A DNA stretch of 64,000 nucleotides from a virus (IMGVR_UViG_3300033146_004404:1-64000), one strand, 5' to 3'; shown: positions 18,799 to 27,434, counted from the stretch's first letter. Notes: generated from the letters alone by a model not told the origin. Translations and numbers: made by a program.

Positions 18799-18894
18799 GT
18801 GATTCTTGGTTTGGGTGCAGGTATGGCTGGAAGTATCTTTGAGACAAATAACGCTGGTTTTTAACAAGTTAAACAGGCAGTAGTTTCTGGTAAT

Positions 18895-19983
18895 ATGTCA
18901 GTAAGAAATGATCCTGGAACGTATGGCCAGATGTTTGGCAATATAACAGAATATAAAATTTCTGATATGAATTACTTTAGCACATCTGATCTTGATGGTG
19001 GTGATGGTGAAGCGGCAGCTCCAATTAAAGTAAGATTTAATGATGGTGGTACTGCGGACATTTCTGGTTCTATAAAGTTTAAGCTGTCACGAAAGACAGA
19101 AAACCAGATAGCGCTACACGAAGATTTCAAAGGTTTTGATGCGGTTCAATCAGATCTTGTAAGACAGGTTTTAACAGAATCACTTATGCAGTCTGCAACG
19201 TTAATGAAGGCTGAGGAGAGTTATTCTACACGAAGAAGTGAATTTACAACACTTGCCGAAATGCAGATTAAAAACGGAATTTATGAAACAGTTTCAGAAG
19301 AGTCAATACAGAAGACTGCTGAAGGAAAAGAGTTTATCGTTCAGGAAGTTAAGGTTAAACTTGACGAAGAAGGTAATCCAATCATAAGAAAAATTTCACC
19401 TTTTAAAAGATATGAAATTGAAGTTCTACAGTTTGTAATTAAAGATATTGACTTTGATTCAACTATTGACAATCTCATAGCGAAGAAGAAAGAAGCAGAG
19501 CAGTTAAAAGTTGTAGGTCAGGCAAATGCTGAAAAAGCAAAACAGGACGCTATAACTGCTGAAGAAACTGGCAAGGCAAGAATTGCTACAGCCACAGCTG
19601 ACGCTGAAGTTAAAAAAGCAACAGCTGTAACACAAGCTCGACAGCTTAAAGAAGTTGCTGAATTGATGGCTACACAGAAATTAGAAGTTGCTAAACTTGA
19701 CGAGCAGAGAGCAAATGCAGAAGCAAACGCTTTACTTGCCAAGAAAATGGCAGATGCTAAAGCAGCAACTTTACTTGTAAAGGCTGGACTTACACCAACA
19801 CAAAGAGCGCAGTTTGAAAAAGATACTGCAATTGGAGTAGCTAAAGCATTGTCAGGAACTCAGTTCCCACAGATAATGAACTTTGGCGTTGATTCAGGAG
19901 TTTCTAGTCCAATGGAAGCAATCGGCTATAATCAAATGTTTGATCTTGTAACAAAGATGAAAGAAACTAAAGCTACTAAATGA
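18895..19983 (+). CDS. SPFH/band-7 (prohibitin-like) domain protein
   Basis: N-terminal globular region followed by a long Ala/Lys/Glu-rich coiled coil, as in stomatin/flotillin-family proteins. Terminator at 19986-20016. Confidence 0.4.
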   Translation: MSVRNDPGTYGQMFGNITEYKISDMNYFSTSDLDGGDGEAAAPIKVRFNDGGTADISGSIKFKLSRKTENQIALHEDFKGFDAVQSDLVRQVLTESLMQSATLMKAEESYSTRRSEFTTLAEMQIKNGIYETVSEESIQKTAEGKEFIVQEVKVKLDEEGNPIIRKISPFKRYEIEVLQFVIKDIDFDSTIDNLIAKKKEAEQLKVVGQANAEKAKQDAITAEETGKARIATATADAEVKKATAVTQARQLKEVAELMATQKLEVAKLDEQRANAEANALLAKKMADAKAATLLVKAGLTPTQRAQFEKDTAIGVAKALSGTQFPQIMNFGVDSGVSSPMEAIGYNQMFDLVTKMKETKATK

Positions 19984-19985
19984 TT

Positions 19986-20016
19986 TAACGAATCCCACTT
20001 CGGTGGGGTTCTTTTT
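19986..20016 (+). terminator. rho-independent terminator
   Basis: aatcccac-ttcg-gtggggtt-cttttt. Confidence 0.6.
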
Positions 20017-20032
20017 ATGTTCATATAAACTA

Positions 20033-20061
20033 TTGACATAAAAAGAATAATATGCTATAAT
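20033..20061 (+). promoter_or_regulatory. consensus early promoter copy 10
   Basis: TTGACAtaaaaagaataatatgcTATAAT; precedes 20082. Confidence 0.7.
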
Positions 20062-20081
20062 TAAGTATAAGGAAGGGAATT

Positions 20082-20432
20082 ATGTCACATTATGATGAGT
20101 GTAGAGAGGAAAACTGTTCTGTTTGCGGTCAAAATAAAACTGTTTGTTCTTGTCTTGACAGTGAAAAGACAAAGCTATTTAATAGCCTTTACAGGCAAAG
20201 AGTTAGTACTTCTTATGCAAGAATTGCATATAATGAACTAATTGAAGTTCTAAAGTTAGAAGAAGCAGATAAGCTTAAAGAAATAAAAGAATGTGCAAGA
20301 ATTATAGAAGAAGATCTTACTAAAAAGATTTTAGATTATTATAATCAAGTAACTTATCTTAATGAATTGATTGTTGATTACATTAAGGAATATGGCGCAG
20401 ACGAAGATTTTAACAGAGAGTTAAGTAAATGA
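20082..20432 (+). CDS. hypothetical protein
   Basis: Promoter copy 10 plus RBS; Cys-rich N-terminus (CxxC...CxC). Confidence 0.45.
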   Translation: MSHYDECREENCSVCGQNKTVCSCLDSEKTKLFNSLYRQRVSTSYARIAYNELIEVLKLEEADKLKEIKECARIIEEDLTKKILDYYNQVTYLNELIVDYIKEYGADEDFNRELSK

Positions 20433-20553
20433 AAGTTTTAGTTGCAGTTTGTTTGTGACAGACAAGGCTTGGGATATAATATTACTAGAAGTAGAGAAGT
20501 GTGTTGTTATATGTAGCAATTGTCATAGAAAGCTACATAATACTGACTATTAA
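20425..20553 (+). pseudogene. remnant of HNH endonuclease C-terminus
   Basis: Translates to '...KAWDIILLEVEKCVVICSNCHRKLHNTDY*', matching the C-terminal motif of the decayed HNH gene at 22431-22772. No start codon or N-terminal part present. Confidence 0.4.
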
Positions 20554-20562
20554 GAGGGAATA

Positions 20563-21855
20563 ATGATTGAGGTTAAAGGAAGATACGGAACAGCTAAAGT
20601 TTTTAATGACGTAGTAGAAGAAACTGCGTTAGAACAAATTAAAGTCGTTATGAACCAAAAAATGGTCGATGGCGCAAAAGTTAGAATTATGAGTGATGTT
20701 CATGCAGGAGCAGGATGTGTTATAGGTTATACAGCAACTATGACAGATCGAGTCTGTGTAAATTTAATTGGCGTGGACATCGGTTGCGGAGTTCTTGCAT
20801 ACAAATTGACTAATAAAGTTATTGACTTCAAAAAGTTAGATAGAACTATTAAAGACAGAGTTCCTACTGGATTTAATATTCATTCAGAAATAAATTTGGA
20901 CTTTGTTGGCTCTTTAGGTTCTGAGATGGAAGTTTTTTACAAAAATGTCTTAAATGTTTGTAAAGAAACAAAACAAGATTATGATTATGCTATGAGATCA
21001 CTTGGAACTCTTGGTGACGGAAATCACTATATTGAAATTGATAAGAATATTGAAACAGGCGAATTGTATTTAATGATCCATACTGGGTCAAGAAAATTTG
21101 GTTTCAATGTAGCTAATCACTTTCAGAATCTTGCTGTAGAAAACTGTACTAATAAAGTTGATGTAGGAAAAATCAAAAATGACTTAATAACTTCTTATAG
21201 AGAAGCTGGAAAAGAAAAAGAAATACAGGCAGCATTAGCTGAAATAGATAGTAGGCTTTTTCCTTCTACGAGAACGGTCCCTGAAGGCATGGAATTTATT
21301 CAAGGGAAAGTACGAAAAGATTATTTACGTTCAATGATGGTCGCTCAGCGATACGCAGAACTAAATAGAGAATATATTGCCAGAATTATTTTGAAATATT
21401 CAGATTTATTTGCCTGTGAGAAGATTGAATCAGTTCATAACTATATAGACAGAGGACATGATTTTACTGGCAGTATTATTAGAAAAGGAGCTATTTCAGC
21501 ATTTAGAGGAGAAGAAGTTTTAATACCTTTGAATATGGCTGATGGAACTTTGCTTGGAACTGGTAAAGGAAATCCTGACTGGAATTTCTCTGCACCTCAC
21601 GGAGCAGGACGATTGATGAGTAGAAAGAAAGCAAGAAGGAACATTGACATAACAGACTATCAAGAAAGAATGAAAGATGTCTGGTCTTCTTGCGTAAATC
21701 TTTCAACTATTGATGAAGCTCCTATGGCTTATAAAAATGCTGATGAAATAAAAAAGTATATTGAGCCTACTGTATCAATCACAGCTCATTTGAAACCAGT
21801 TTATAATTTAAAGGCGAATGACTATATGAAAAGATGTTTATTTAAAGGCGAATGA
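20563..21855 (+). CDS. rtcB: RtcB RNA 3'-phosphate/5'-OH ligase
   Basis: 'MSDVHAGAGCVIG', 'GVDIGCG' and C-terminal 'APHGAGR' RtcB signatures. Confidence 0.85.
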   Translation: MIEVKGRYGTAKVFNDVVEETALEQIKVVMNQKMVDGAKVRIMSDVHAGAGCVIGYTATMTDRVCVNLIGVDIGCGVLAYKLTNKVIDFKKLDRTIKDRVPTGFNIHSEINLDFVGSLGSEMEVFYKNVLNVCKETKQDYDYAMRSLGTLGDGNHYIEIDKNIETGELYLMIHTGSRKFGFNVANHFQNLAVENCTNKVDVGKIKNDLITSYREAGKEKEIQAALAEIDSRLFPSTRTVPEGMEFIQGKVRKDYLRSMMVAQRYAELNREYIARIILKYSDLFACEKIESVHNYIDRGHDFTGSIIRKGAISAFRGEEVLIPLNMADGTLLGTGKGNPDWNFSAPHGAGRLMSRKKARRNIDITDYQERMKDVWSSCVNLSTIDEAPMAYKNADEIKKYIEPTVSITAHLKPVYNLKANDYMKRCLFKGE

Positions 21856-21876
21856 CTATATGAAAAGATGTTTATT
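21809..21876 (+). repeat. perfect 34-bp tandem duplication at the 3' end of rtcB
   Basis: aaaggcgaatgactatatgaaaagatgtttattt repeated twice; the second copy supplies the in-frame TGA stop. Confidence 0.85.
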
Positions 21877-21908
21877 TTTGCTATAGTTTTTTACATGATA
21901 TTTTTAAT

Positions 21909-21937
21909 TTGACAAAAAAAGAATAATATGCTATAAT
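21909..21937 (+). promoter_or_regulatory. consensus early promoter copy 11
   Basis: Identical core; precedes 21956. Confidence 0.75.
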
Positions 21938-21955
21938 TAAGAATAAGGAAAATAA

Positions 21956-22171
21956 ATGAAAATATTTATCACACGTGAAGGTGAAGAAATCAATATTGGA
22001 GACATAAATAACTATACCTGCGAACAAGAAGATGATGTTTTTTATTTGGTTCTTTATTTGACAGATGGTGAAGAAGTTGAGAGCATATATAATATGGATG
22101 AGTTCTATGAGTTCATTGGAGATCTAAGAAAATTAGGAGTAGCTGAAAGTTACATTAAGAAATTTCTATAA
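21956..22171 (+). CDS. small acidic hypothetical protein
   Basis: Promoter copy 11 plus RBS. Confidence 0.45.
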   Translation: MKIFITREGEEINIGDINNYTCEQEDDVFYLVLYLTDGEEVESIYNMDEFYEFIGDLRKLGVAESYIKKFL

Positions 22172-22430
22172 AGAGTTTTTTTGGTAGATGGTAAGGTAAT
22201 AGTATGATAAAGAATTTTACGAAACAAACAGCGATTAATATGACTCCGGAACAGAACTTTGATTATAGAGCGATGAGGAAGGGTGAATTGTAATTCAAAT
22301 ACGGAATGTTTGAACTAGAATCCACCCTTCCCGAAACGGAAGGGTTTTTTTTGATCTATTATTAGATATTAGGGAAGGGATTAAACAGTTTTCACACATT
22401 GTTTCATTTGGAAGTCGTAAGGATAACTAT

Positions 22431-22772
22431 ATGAAAAAGAAAATATGTGGAAGCTGCAAAGTTGAAAAAAATTATGATGAATTTCATAAGAATCCTGCAA
22501 AAAAGATGGCTTACAGAGTATGTGTAAGGATTGCAGAAAAAAATATCATAGAGAACATTACTTAAAGAATAAGGAAAGATATTATACTCAAAATAGTAAT
22601 AGAAAGAAGATGATTCAAGAAGAATATCTTAACTTCAAAAAAACTTTAATTTGTTCTAAGCGATGATGTTTCTGCTATGGCAGGACAAGGTAGTTCAATA
22701 GAAATGATTCTTAAAGAAATTGAAAAGTGCGATGTTCTATGCTCTAACTGCCATAGAGAATTACGTTTTTAG
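22431..22772 (+). pseudogene. HNH homing-endonuclease pseudogene (frameshifted, internally deleted)
   Basis: 'MKKKICGSCKVEKNYDEFHKN' then, +1 after an A6 run, 'KKDGLQSMCKDCRKKYHREHYLKNKE...', then a third frame gives '...EIEKCDVLCSNCHRELRF*'. Typical phage HNH architecture broken by at least two frame changes. Confidence 0.55.
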
Positions 22773-22867
22773 AAAATAATGCGGGTATAGTATAGTGGTA
22801 TTATTACAGCCTTCCAAGCTGAAAACGAGAGTTCTCTCATGATGCTTTTAATTACATCAAATATTAT

Positions 22868-22896
22868 TTGACAAAAAAAGAATAATATGTTATAAT
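22868..22896 (+). promoter_or_regulatory. consensus early promoter copy 12
   Basis: Identical core; precedes the small ORF and the tRNA at 23050. Confidence 0.75.
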
Positions 22897-22920
22897 TAAG
22901 TATAAGAAAGGGGAAATGAT

Positions 22921-23043
22921 GTGAAAAACAAATTATTTGTAAATGAATATGGAAAATGGAAAGTAAATCATGAGATCTTTTCTAAGAAAGAAGAAGTAAA
23001 GCCTTTGATAAAGAAAGACTCTTTTGAAAATGGCGGTAGATAA
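22921..23043 (+). CDS. small hypothetical protein (40 aa)
   Basis: GTG start after GGGGAAATGA, downstream of promoter copy 12. Confidence 0.3.
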   Translation: MKNKLFVNEYGKWKVNHEIFSKKEEVKPLIKKDSFENGGR

Positions 23044-23049
23044 TAATTT

Positions 23050-23118
23050 GCCGGATTAACTCAAGGAAGAGTGTCAGAATTGAACTGAAAGTCGTGGGTT
23101 CGATTCCCACATCCGGTA
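23050..23118 (+). tRNA. tRNA, anticodon probably UUG (Gln)
   Basis: Acceptor gccggat/atccggt, D-stem actc/gagt, T-arm gtggg-ttcgatt-cccac. The anticodon loop has A33 and a 27:43 mismatch. Confidence 0.5.
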
Positions 23119-23163
23119 TAGACCGTTTGACACTAACAGCAATCAAATGAAGAAAAAACTGCA

Positions 23164-23199
23164 AATTTTAAGGTGTGGGTTCGATTCCCACTACGATTG
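23164..23199 (+). other. tRNA-like minihelix (acceptor stem plus T-arm only)
   Basis: aatttta-ag-gtggg-ttcgatt-cccac-tacgatt-g, with no D or anticodon arm. Confidence 0.35.
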
Positions 23200-23266
23200 G
23201 TCATCGTATGGTGTAATGGTAGCATTAATCATTAACGTGTCGAGACTAAAAAGAAAGGGGAGAAAA

Positions 23267-24127
23267 TTGTTTTATGTAAACGAACAAAAGAAAAGGAGTC
23301 TTATAAAATCTCTTCCTAGTCTTAATGAAACTACTTTAGTCAATTTTTTTGACGAAATAGATTTCAGCCTACTAGGCGAAACAAAAACTCGTGATGTTTT
23401 TGATCACATCTATTCAAAAACTGAAAAGAGAATTATTTTATTTCTTAATAAAGCGAAGGTTGAAAGTTCAAATACTTCTTCTAAAAATGGAAATAAAATT
23501 ACCATAAACAATCAAAGGTTTGATGAAGTGTTTATGTCTCATCTAGCTGCAGGAATTTCTGCAGAAAAATTTGAAGAACTCTTTCCTTATATACGCAGAA
23601 TAAATGGGGCTTTTTACTATTTTGATAAAAATGGAAATTCATTAAATAATTACTATTTTGATATGTTTGAGTATAATGCAGTAGAATCAGGTATTGCCGC
23701 CGATATGGAAGCAGTGATAGAGGCCAAAGAAAAAGATTATGGAGATAAGAAAATGGGGAAAATGACTAACACTGTAAAGAATGTTGTAGAGATGAATAAA
23801 TCAGCTGGTAAGCAGGCAGCTCTTGTAAAAATTGGAAAGACTGCAAACCATGCAGTGATTGAAGTTCTACAGAAGAAAGTCATTCCAAAGAAATACAAGA
23901 AAATTGTAGAGAGTCCTTTTTTCGGTCTGGCTATAGCTAATGTTTCAGCAGTTGCAATGAAAGAATATGCTTCCGAAAGAAGTGATGGAGCAAAAGTAGA
24001 AGCAGTCGCTGACGCAATGCTTTTAAGTTCAATGCTTGAAATTACTGATATGATTGATCTTAATAAAATCATAACAGATGTGATCGAATCAGTTGATCTT
24101 AAGTCGCTCGGGTTCAGTGAAGATTAA
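23267..24127 (+). CDS. hypothetical protein
   Basis: The six-frame ORF starting at 23147 overlaps tRNA-like sequence. A TTG start at 23267 after AAAGGGGAG is more plausible. Confidence 0.4.
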   Translation: MFYVNEQKKRSLIKSLPSLNETTLVNFFDEIDFSLLGETKTRDVFDHIYSKTEKRIILFLNKAKVESSNTSSKNGNKITINNQRFDEVFMSHLAAGISAEKFEELFPYIRRINGAFYYFDKNGNSLNNYYFDMFEYNAVESGIAADMEAVIEAKEKDYGDKKMGKMTNTVKNVVEMNKSAGKQAALVKIGKTANHAVIEVLQKKVIPKKYKKIVESPFFGLAIANVSAVAMKEYASERSDGAKVEAVADAMLLSSMLEITDMIDLNKIITDVIESVDLKSLGFSED

Positions 24128-24159
24128 GAAAATTAGCCCGAAGGGCTAATAAATAATAT

Positions 24160-24234
24160 CAGTGTGTGACGGGAAAGGCTTATCCGTGCTCCCCTGGAAG
24201 GAGGAAAATGTGGGTTCGAGTCCCACCTCACTGA
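24160..24234 (+). tRNA. tRNA, anticodon probably UGG (Pro)
   Basis: Acceptor cagtgtg/ctcactg, D-stem acgg/ccgt, anticodon loop cctggaa, T-arm gtggg-ttcgagt-cccac. Confidence 0.45.
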
Positions 24235-24414
24235 CTTTGGTAAATAGTGATAATAGAGAAATATCTCTTGGCACTGGAGAAAGTAATCTGGACGTAAGTC
24301 TTAATTCAATTCCGGAAAAAGAATTAGGATAAGAAGCGATGAAGAAATCGTAAAGGATCATACCCGAGTATAGGGAGACTGCAGGTTCGAATCCTGCGTT
24401 GCCAATATTTTAAT

Positions 24415-24443
24415 TTGACAAAAAAAGAATAATATGGTATAAT
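24415..24443 (+). promoter_or_regulatory. consensus early promoter copy 13
   Basis: Identical core; tRNA-Asp starts about 22 nt after the -10. Confidence 0.75.
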
Positions 24444-24464
24444 TAAGTATAAAGAAATATAAAT

Positions 24465-24538
24465 GCCTTAATAGTTTAATTGGCTAAAGCACTGGTCTGT
24501 CAAATCAGAGAGTCCGAGTTCAATCCTCGGTTAGGGCG
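24465..24538 (+). tRNA. tRNA-Asp (GUC)
   Basis: Full cloverleaf: acceptor gccttaa/ttagggc, anticodon loop ctGTCaa, T-arm ccgag-ttcaatc-ctcgg. Directly downstream of promoter copy 13. Confidence 0.8.
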
Positions 24539-24563
24539 TAAACAAAATTTTATGGAGTGTTAG

Positions 24564-25013
24564 TTGATAACATTAACAGAACAGAATAAAAAAGAGGCAG
24601 CAAGAGTTGTAAGTAATTTGATTCATGAATATCAGGATGTTAAAGATTATTTTATGGATTATAATGACGAGATGGAGAGCATCGAAGGCTTGATTTTTGA
24701 ATATATTGAAAATCATAAATGGCTTCTACAAGAGAAGATTCCTTTTACTGTTACAGTAAATCAGGCTTTTCACTCTTGGTATGAAAATGTATTCTTGTAT
24801 CAGACCTCAGCAATGAGAGCGACGGGAATAAGAAGAGCAGTAATTCATCAGTCGAACAAGGAATTGTTTGACTTAGTCTCAAAAGAATATTATAGTATGA
24901 CAGATAAAGATGATATCTTCTGCTATGCTATAGCTTGTCAAAGAGTCATAAAGAAATATTCTACAAAATGGATATATAAGTTTCTAGCGAAAATTTATAT
25001 GAAAAAAGCATAA
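24564..25013 (+). CDS. hypothetical protein
   Basis: ORF (TTG or a later ATG start). Confidence 0.4.
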   Translation: MITLTEQNKKEAARVVSNLIHEYQDVKDYFMDYNDEMESIEGLIFEYIENHKWLLQEKIPFTVTVNQAFHSWYENVFLYQTSAMRATGIRRAVIHQSNKELFDLVSKEYYSMTDKDDIFCYAIACQRVIKKYSTKWIYKFLAKIYMKKA

Positions 25014-25071
25014 GAGCATTTTACAGTAGTTTTACTGTTTGGAAAGAGTGTTTTAAAGTAAAATGATTTTT

Positions 25072-25143
25072 GGTCTCATAGTATAATGGTTAGTACATAT
25101 GGTTTTCATCCATAAAATCGGAGTTCGATTCTCCGTGAGACTG
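25072..25143 (+). tRNA. tRNA-Glu (UUC)
   Basis: Acceptor ggtctca/tgagact, anticodon stem tatgg/ccata with loop ttTTCat, T-arm cggag-ttcgatt-ctccg. Confidence 0.75.
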
Positions 25144-25156
25144 TAAAGGAATAATA

Positions 25157-25690
25157 ATGAAACACAGAAATGTTTTAAAGTATTCTGAAAGACCATTTAA
25201 GGACATTTCTGAGATGAACGTGAAGCTCCTAGAAAATATCAATAATTCAGTTGAACCTGGAGATGAGATATACTTTTTAGGTGACATAGGGCACTCTCAC
25301 AAAGAAGTGAAGCTCTTTTTTGACAATTTAAAGAGTGGAATTGGTTTTCATTGGATTATTGGAAATCACGATAAAAAGTTATTGACAGCAGCACCAAAGA
25401 AAAGAGTAAGTAGCATTTCATATATTAAAGAGATTTATGTGGAAAAAAAACCTATAATTCTATGTCATTATCCAATGCTTACATGGGATAAGAGTCATTA
25501 TAATTCATGGCATTTATTTGGACATCATCATAAAAACGGACATGATAAAGAAGGTCTTGAAAGTAGACTTACTGGAAAAATGTTTAATGTTAATCTTGAG
25601 TTCAATGATTACCAGATGTATAGTGAAAAAGACATTATAAGAATAATGATGGCAAAAGAAAACAATTGGGATTTTATAAAAGAACGTTAA
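25157..25690 (+). CDS. metallophosphoesterase (calcineurin-like)
   Basis: 'IYFLGDIGHSH' (GDxxxR-like) and 'IIGNHDKKL' (GNHD/E) motifs. Confidence 0.7.
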   Translation: MKHRNVLKYSERPFKDISEMNVKLLENINNSVEPGDEIYFLGDIGHSHKEVKLFFDNLKSGIGFHWIIGNHDKKLLTAAPKKRVSSISYIKEIYVEKKPIILCHYPMLTWDKSHYNSWHLFGHHHKNGHDKEGLESRLTGKMFNVNLEFNDYQMYSEKDIIRIMMAKENNWDFIKER

Positions 25691-25697
25691 AAAAAAC

Positions 25698-25726
25698 TTG
25701 ACAAAAAAAGAATAATATGGTATAAT
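25698..25726 (+). promoter_or_regulatory. consensus early promoter copy 14
   Basis: Identical core; precedes the small ORF and the Thr-Phe-Ala-Met-Asn tRNA array. Confidence 0.75.
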
Positions 25727-25744
25727 TAAGTATAAGGAGAAAAG

Positions 25745-25924
25745 ATGAAATCTTTAACCGTTAAGGAAATGATTGAGAAATTACAAGAGTTGCCGATGGA
25801 TGAAGAAGTCGTTCTTTTTGGAGAGGGAAAAATCTTCCCTTGCCTTGTGATCAATAGGCTTCAATTTGGAGAAGGACATCATATTGAAATAGCTGGTGGT
25901 TGGAACCCTTTAGAAGAAAATTAA
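25745..25924 (+). CDS. small hypothetical protein (59 aa)
   Basis: AAGGAGAAAAG RBS then ATG, downstream of promoter copy 14; precedes the tRNA array. Confidence 0.35.
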   Translation: MKSLTVKEMIEKLQELPMDEEVVLFGEGKIFPCLVINRLQFGEGHHIEIAGGWNPLEEN

Positions 25925-25928
25925 TATT

Positions 25929-26001
25929 CGCATCCATAGCACAACGGATTAGTGCAGGAGTCTTGTAAACTTCTGATCTGGGTTCGATTCCCAGTGGATG
26001 C
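25929..26001 (+). tRNA. tRNA-Thr (UGU)
   Basis: Acceptor gcatcca/tggatgc, D-stem gcac/gtgc, anticodon loop ctTGTaa, T-arm ctggg-ttcgatt-cccag. Confidence 0.8.
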
Positions 26002-26004
26002 TTT

Positions 26005-26063
26005 TAGGCACTTACAGCAATCAAAACTATAATTAGAAAGAATGTAAAAAGCAAAGTGTCTAG
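26005..26063 (+). ncRNA. conserved inter-tRNA hairpin element (copy)
   Basis: tAGGCACTtACAGCAATCAAA...AGTGTCTAg; one copy of a recurring element. Confidence 0.4.
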
Positions 26064-26070
26064 TTTTTAT

Positions 26071-26143
26071 GCCGTTTTAGCTCAGTAGGTAGAGCGTCTG
26101 TTTGAAGAGCAGAGCGTCTCCGGTTCAATTCCGGGAGGCGGCA
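26071..26143 (+). tRNA. tRNA-Phe (GAA)
   Basis: Acceptor gccgttt/aggcggc (with G-U pairs), D-arm tagctcagtaggtagagc, anticodon loop ttGAAga, T-arm tccgg-ttcaatt-ccggg. Confidence 0.75.
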
Positions 26144-26146
26144 AAT

Positions 26147-26217
26147 GGGGTTATAATATAACGGAATTATGGAAGACCTGCAATCTTCATATCGGGGTTC
26201 AACTCCCCGTAGCTCCA
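26147..26217 (+). tRNA. tRNA-Ala (UGC)
   Basis: Acceptor ggggtta/tagctcc with a G3:U70 wobble (the Ala identity element), anticodon loop ccTGCaa, T-arm cgggg-ttcaact-ccccg. Confidence 0.7.
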
Positions 26218-26224
26218 TAAACGT

Positions 26225-26296
26225 AGCGGGGTTGAGGAATTGGAACCTCATAAGGCTCATAACCCTATCATGCAAGTTCGAGTCTTGCCTCCGCCT
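26225..26296 (+). tRNA. tRNA with CAU anticodon (Met or Ile2)
   Basis: D-stem gagg/cctc, anticodon loop ctCATaa, T-arm gcaag-ttcgagt-cttgc. A1:C72 mismatch. Confidence 0.5.
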
Positions 26297-26298
26297 TT

Positions 26299-26358
26299 TA
26301 GACATTAACAGCAATCAAAAAAAACCAAACTGTTAATTTGAAAATAAAAAATGTCTAG
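26299..26358 (+). ncRNA. conserved inter-tRNA hairpin element (copy)
   Basis: TAGACATTAACAGCAATCAAA...ATGTCTAG. Confidence 0.4.
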
Positions 26359-26460
26359 TTTTACTGAAAGTTAGTGTCGGGACGAGAGAGCACAGTAGTA
26401 TGAAAATACTTCCAAGCCTTCTCCCAGACTTTTTCTGTAGTCTTAAAAGAACAGTAACAT

Positions 26461-26534
26461 TTCCTTGAAGCTTATCTGGTAAAGCGCCAAATCGTTAATT
26501 TGGAGTCTTCTTGGTTCGAGTCCAAGCAGGGGAG
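26461..26534 (+). tRNA. tRNA, anticodon probably GUU (Asn)
   Basis: Acceptor ttccttg/cagggga (all paired including G-U), D-stem gctt/aagc, anticodon stem ccaaa/tttgg with loop tcGTTaa, T-arm cttgg-ttcgagt-ccaag. Confidence 0.5.
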
Positions 26535-26674
26535 AAAGCTGAATTTTGAGTAAGGTCGCTACGAAGAACAACTCTAAAACAAAAACAAAAAGGAGAAGCT
26601 ATGAAATTCACATAGGTAAAACCGCCTTAACTGCTATATATAAATGAATAATTTATATATAGGAGAATGAAAAG

Positions 26675-27037
26675 ATGAATGAAGTGATAATGAAAAATAC
26701 TGAAATTAATTATGTAGTAAGAGATTCGATAAGAGAGTTAAAAAAGGATTTAAAGCTTTTATCTGTTAAGATTAGAGAATTTAAAAGAATTAGGGATACC
26801 TCTAAGAACATTGATGAAGTAGCCAGCTGTATGTCAGAGCTTGTAAATATAAGAGAATCTTATAGACTATGTCACATTCTTTACTGTTTAATAAGAGGTA
26901 GAAAATATCTGGAAGTTGAAAACAAGGTAGCTTATGGGAATAAGGGTTCTCTTTCAGCTTTGAAATGCAAATGCTTACAATATAATGGACTTGATCTTGA
27001 TAGTTGCACTGTCAAGCAACTAGAGGGGTTGAGATAA
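26675..27037 (+). CDS. hypothetical protein
   Basis: ORF with RBS (taggagaatgaaaag) then ATG. Confidence 0.45.
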   Translation: MNEVIMKNTEINYVVRDSIRELKKDLKLLSVKIREFKRIRDTSKNIDEVASCMSELVNIRESYRLCHILYCLIRGRKYLEVENKVAYGNKGSLSALKCKCLQYNGLDLDSCTVKQLEGLR

Positions 27038-27039
27038 AG

Positions 27040-27408
27040 ATGGTAAAACAAGTTATTATAGCGAGGACAGATTTAGATATGTCTTCTGGGAGGATGCCTT
27101 CACAGGTCGCTCACGCATCCATTGCAGTTTTTCTCGATATGGGAAAATGGGATGGAGATAATTTTACGTTGAAAAATGTCGATAAGGATATTCAGTATTG
27201 GATGAAAAAATCATTCACTAAGGTAGTTTTAAAAGTCCATAGTGAAGAAGAGTTGGTTAAACTTCAAGAGTTAGCTAAGGGATTAAAACTCCCGAGCGCA
27301 ATGATTGAAGACGATGTAATGGGTAGAGTTGAGAAAACTGCGCTCGCAATCGGGCCTGCTCTTGTTGAGGATATAGATGCTATAACAGGCAAACTATTCT
27401 TGTTTTAA
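27040..27408 (+). CDS. peptidyl-tRNA hydrolase, PTH2 family
   Basis: 'KQVIIARTDLDMSSGRMPSQVAHASIAVF' matches the PTH2 core (VxVVRTDLxMxxGKxAAQxxHA). Start chosen at ATG 27040 immediately after the upstream stop. Terminator at 27413-27432. Confidence 0.7.
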   Translation: MVKQVIIARTDLDMSSGRMPSQVAHASIAVFLDMGKWDGDNFTLKNVDKDIQYWMKKSFTKVVLKVHSEEELVKLQELAKGLKLPSAMIEDDVMGRVEKTALAIGPALVEDIDAITGKLFLF

Positions 27409-27412
27409 ATTT

Positions 27413-27432
27413 TTGGCCCTTCGGGGCCTTTT
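27413..27432 (+). terminator. rho-independent terminator
   Basis: ggccc-ttcg-gggcc-tttt after the PTH2 gene. Confidence 0.65.
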
Positions 27433-27434
27433 AT

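Noticed and set aside
22780-22855. tRNA-like segment gcgggtatagtatagtggtatt...cagccTTCCAAgctg with a Gly-like anticodon arm.
   Set aside because: No complementary 3' acceptor strand and no canonical T-arm could be found on either strand. It is probably a decayed tRNA or a chance match.
23147-23266. N-terminal 40 codons of the six-frame ORF 23147-24127.
   Set aside because: This stretch overlaps a tRNA-like minihelix and has no RBS. A TTG start at 23267 preceded by AAAGGGGAG is preferred.
26340-26460. Possible additional tRNA between the conserved hairpin and tRNA-Asn.
   Set aside because: No T-arm or acceptor pairing was found; the segment is treated as spacer.
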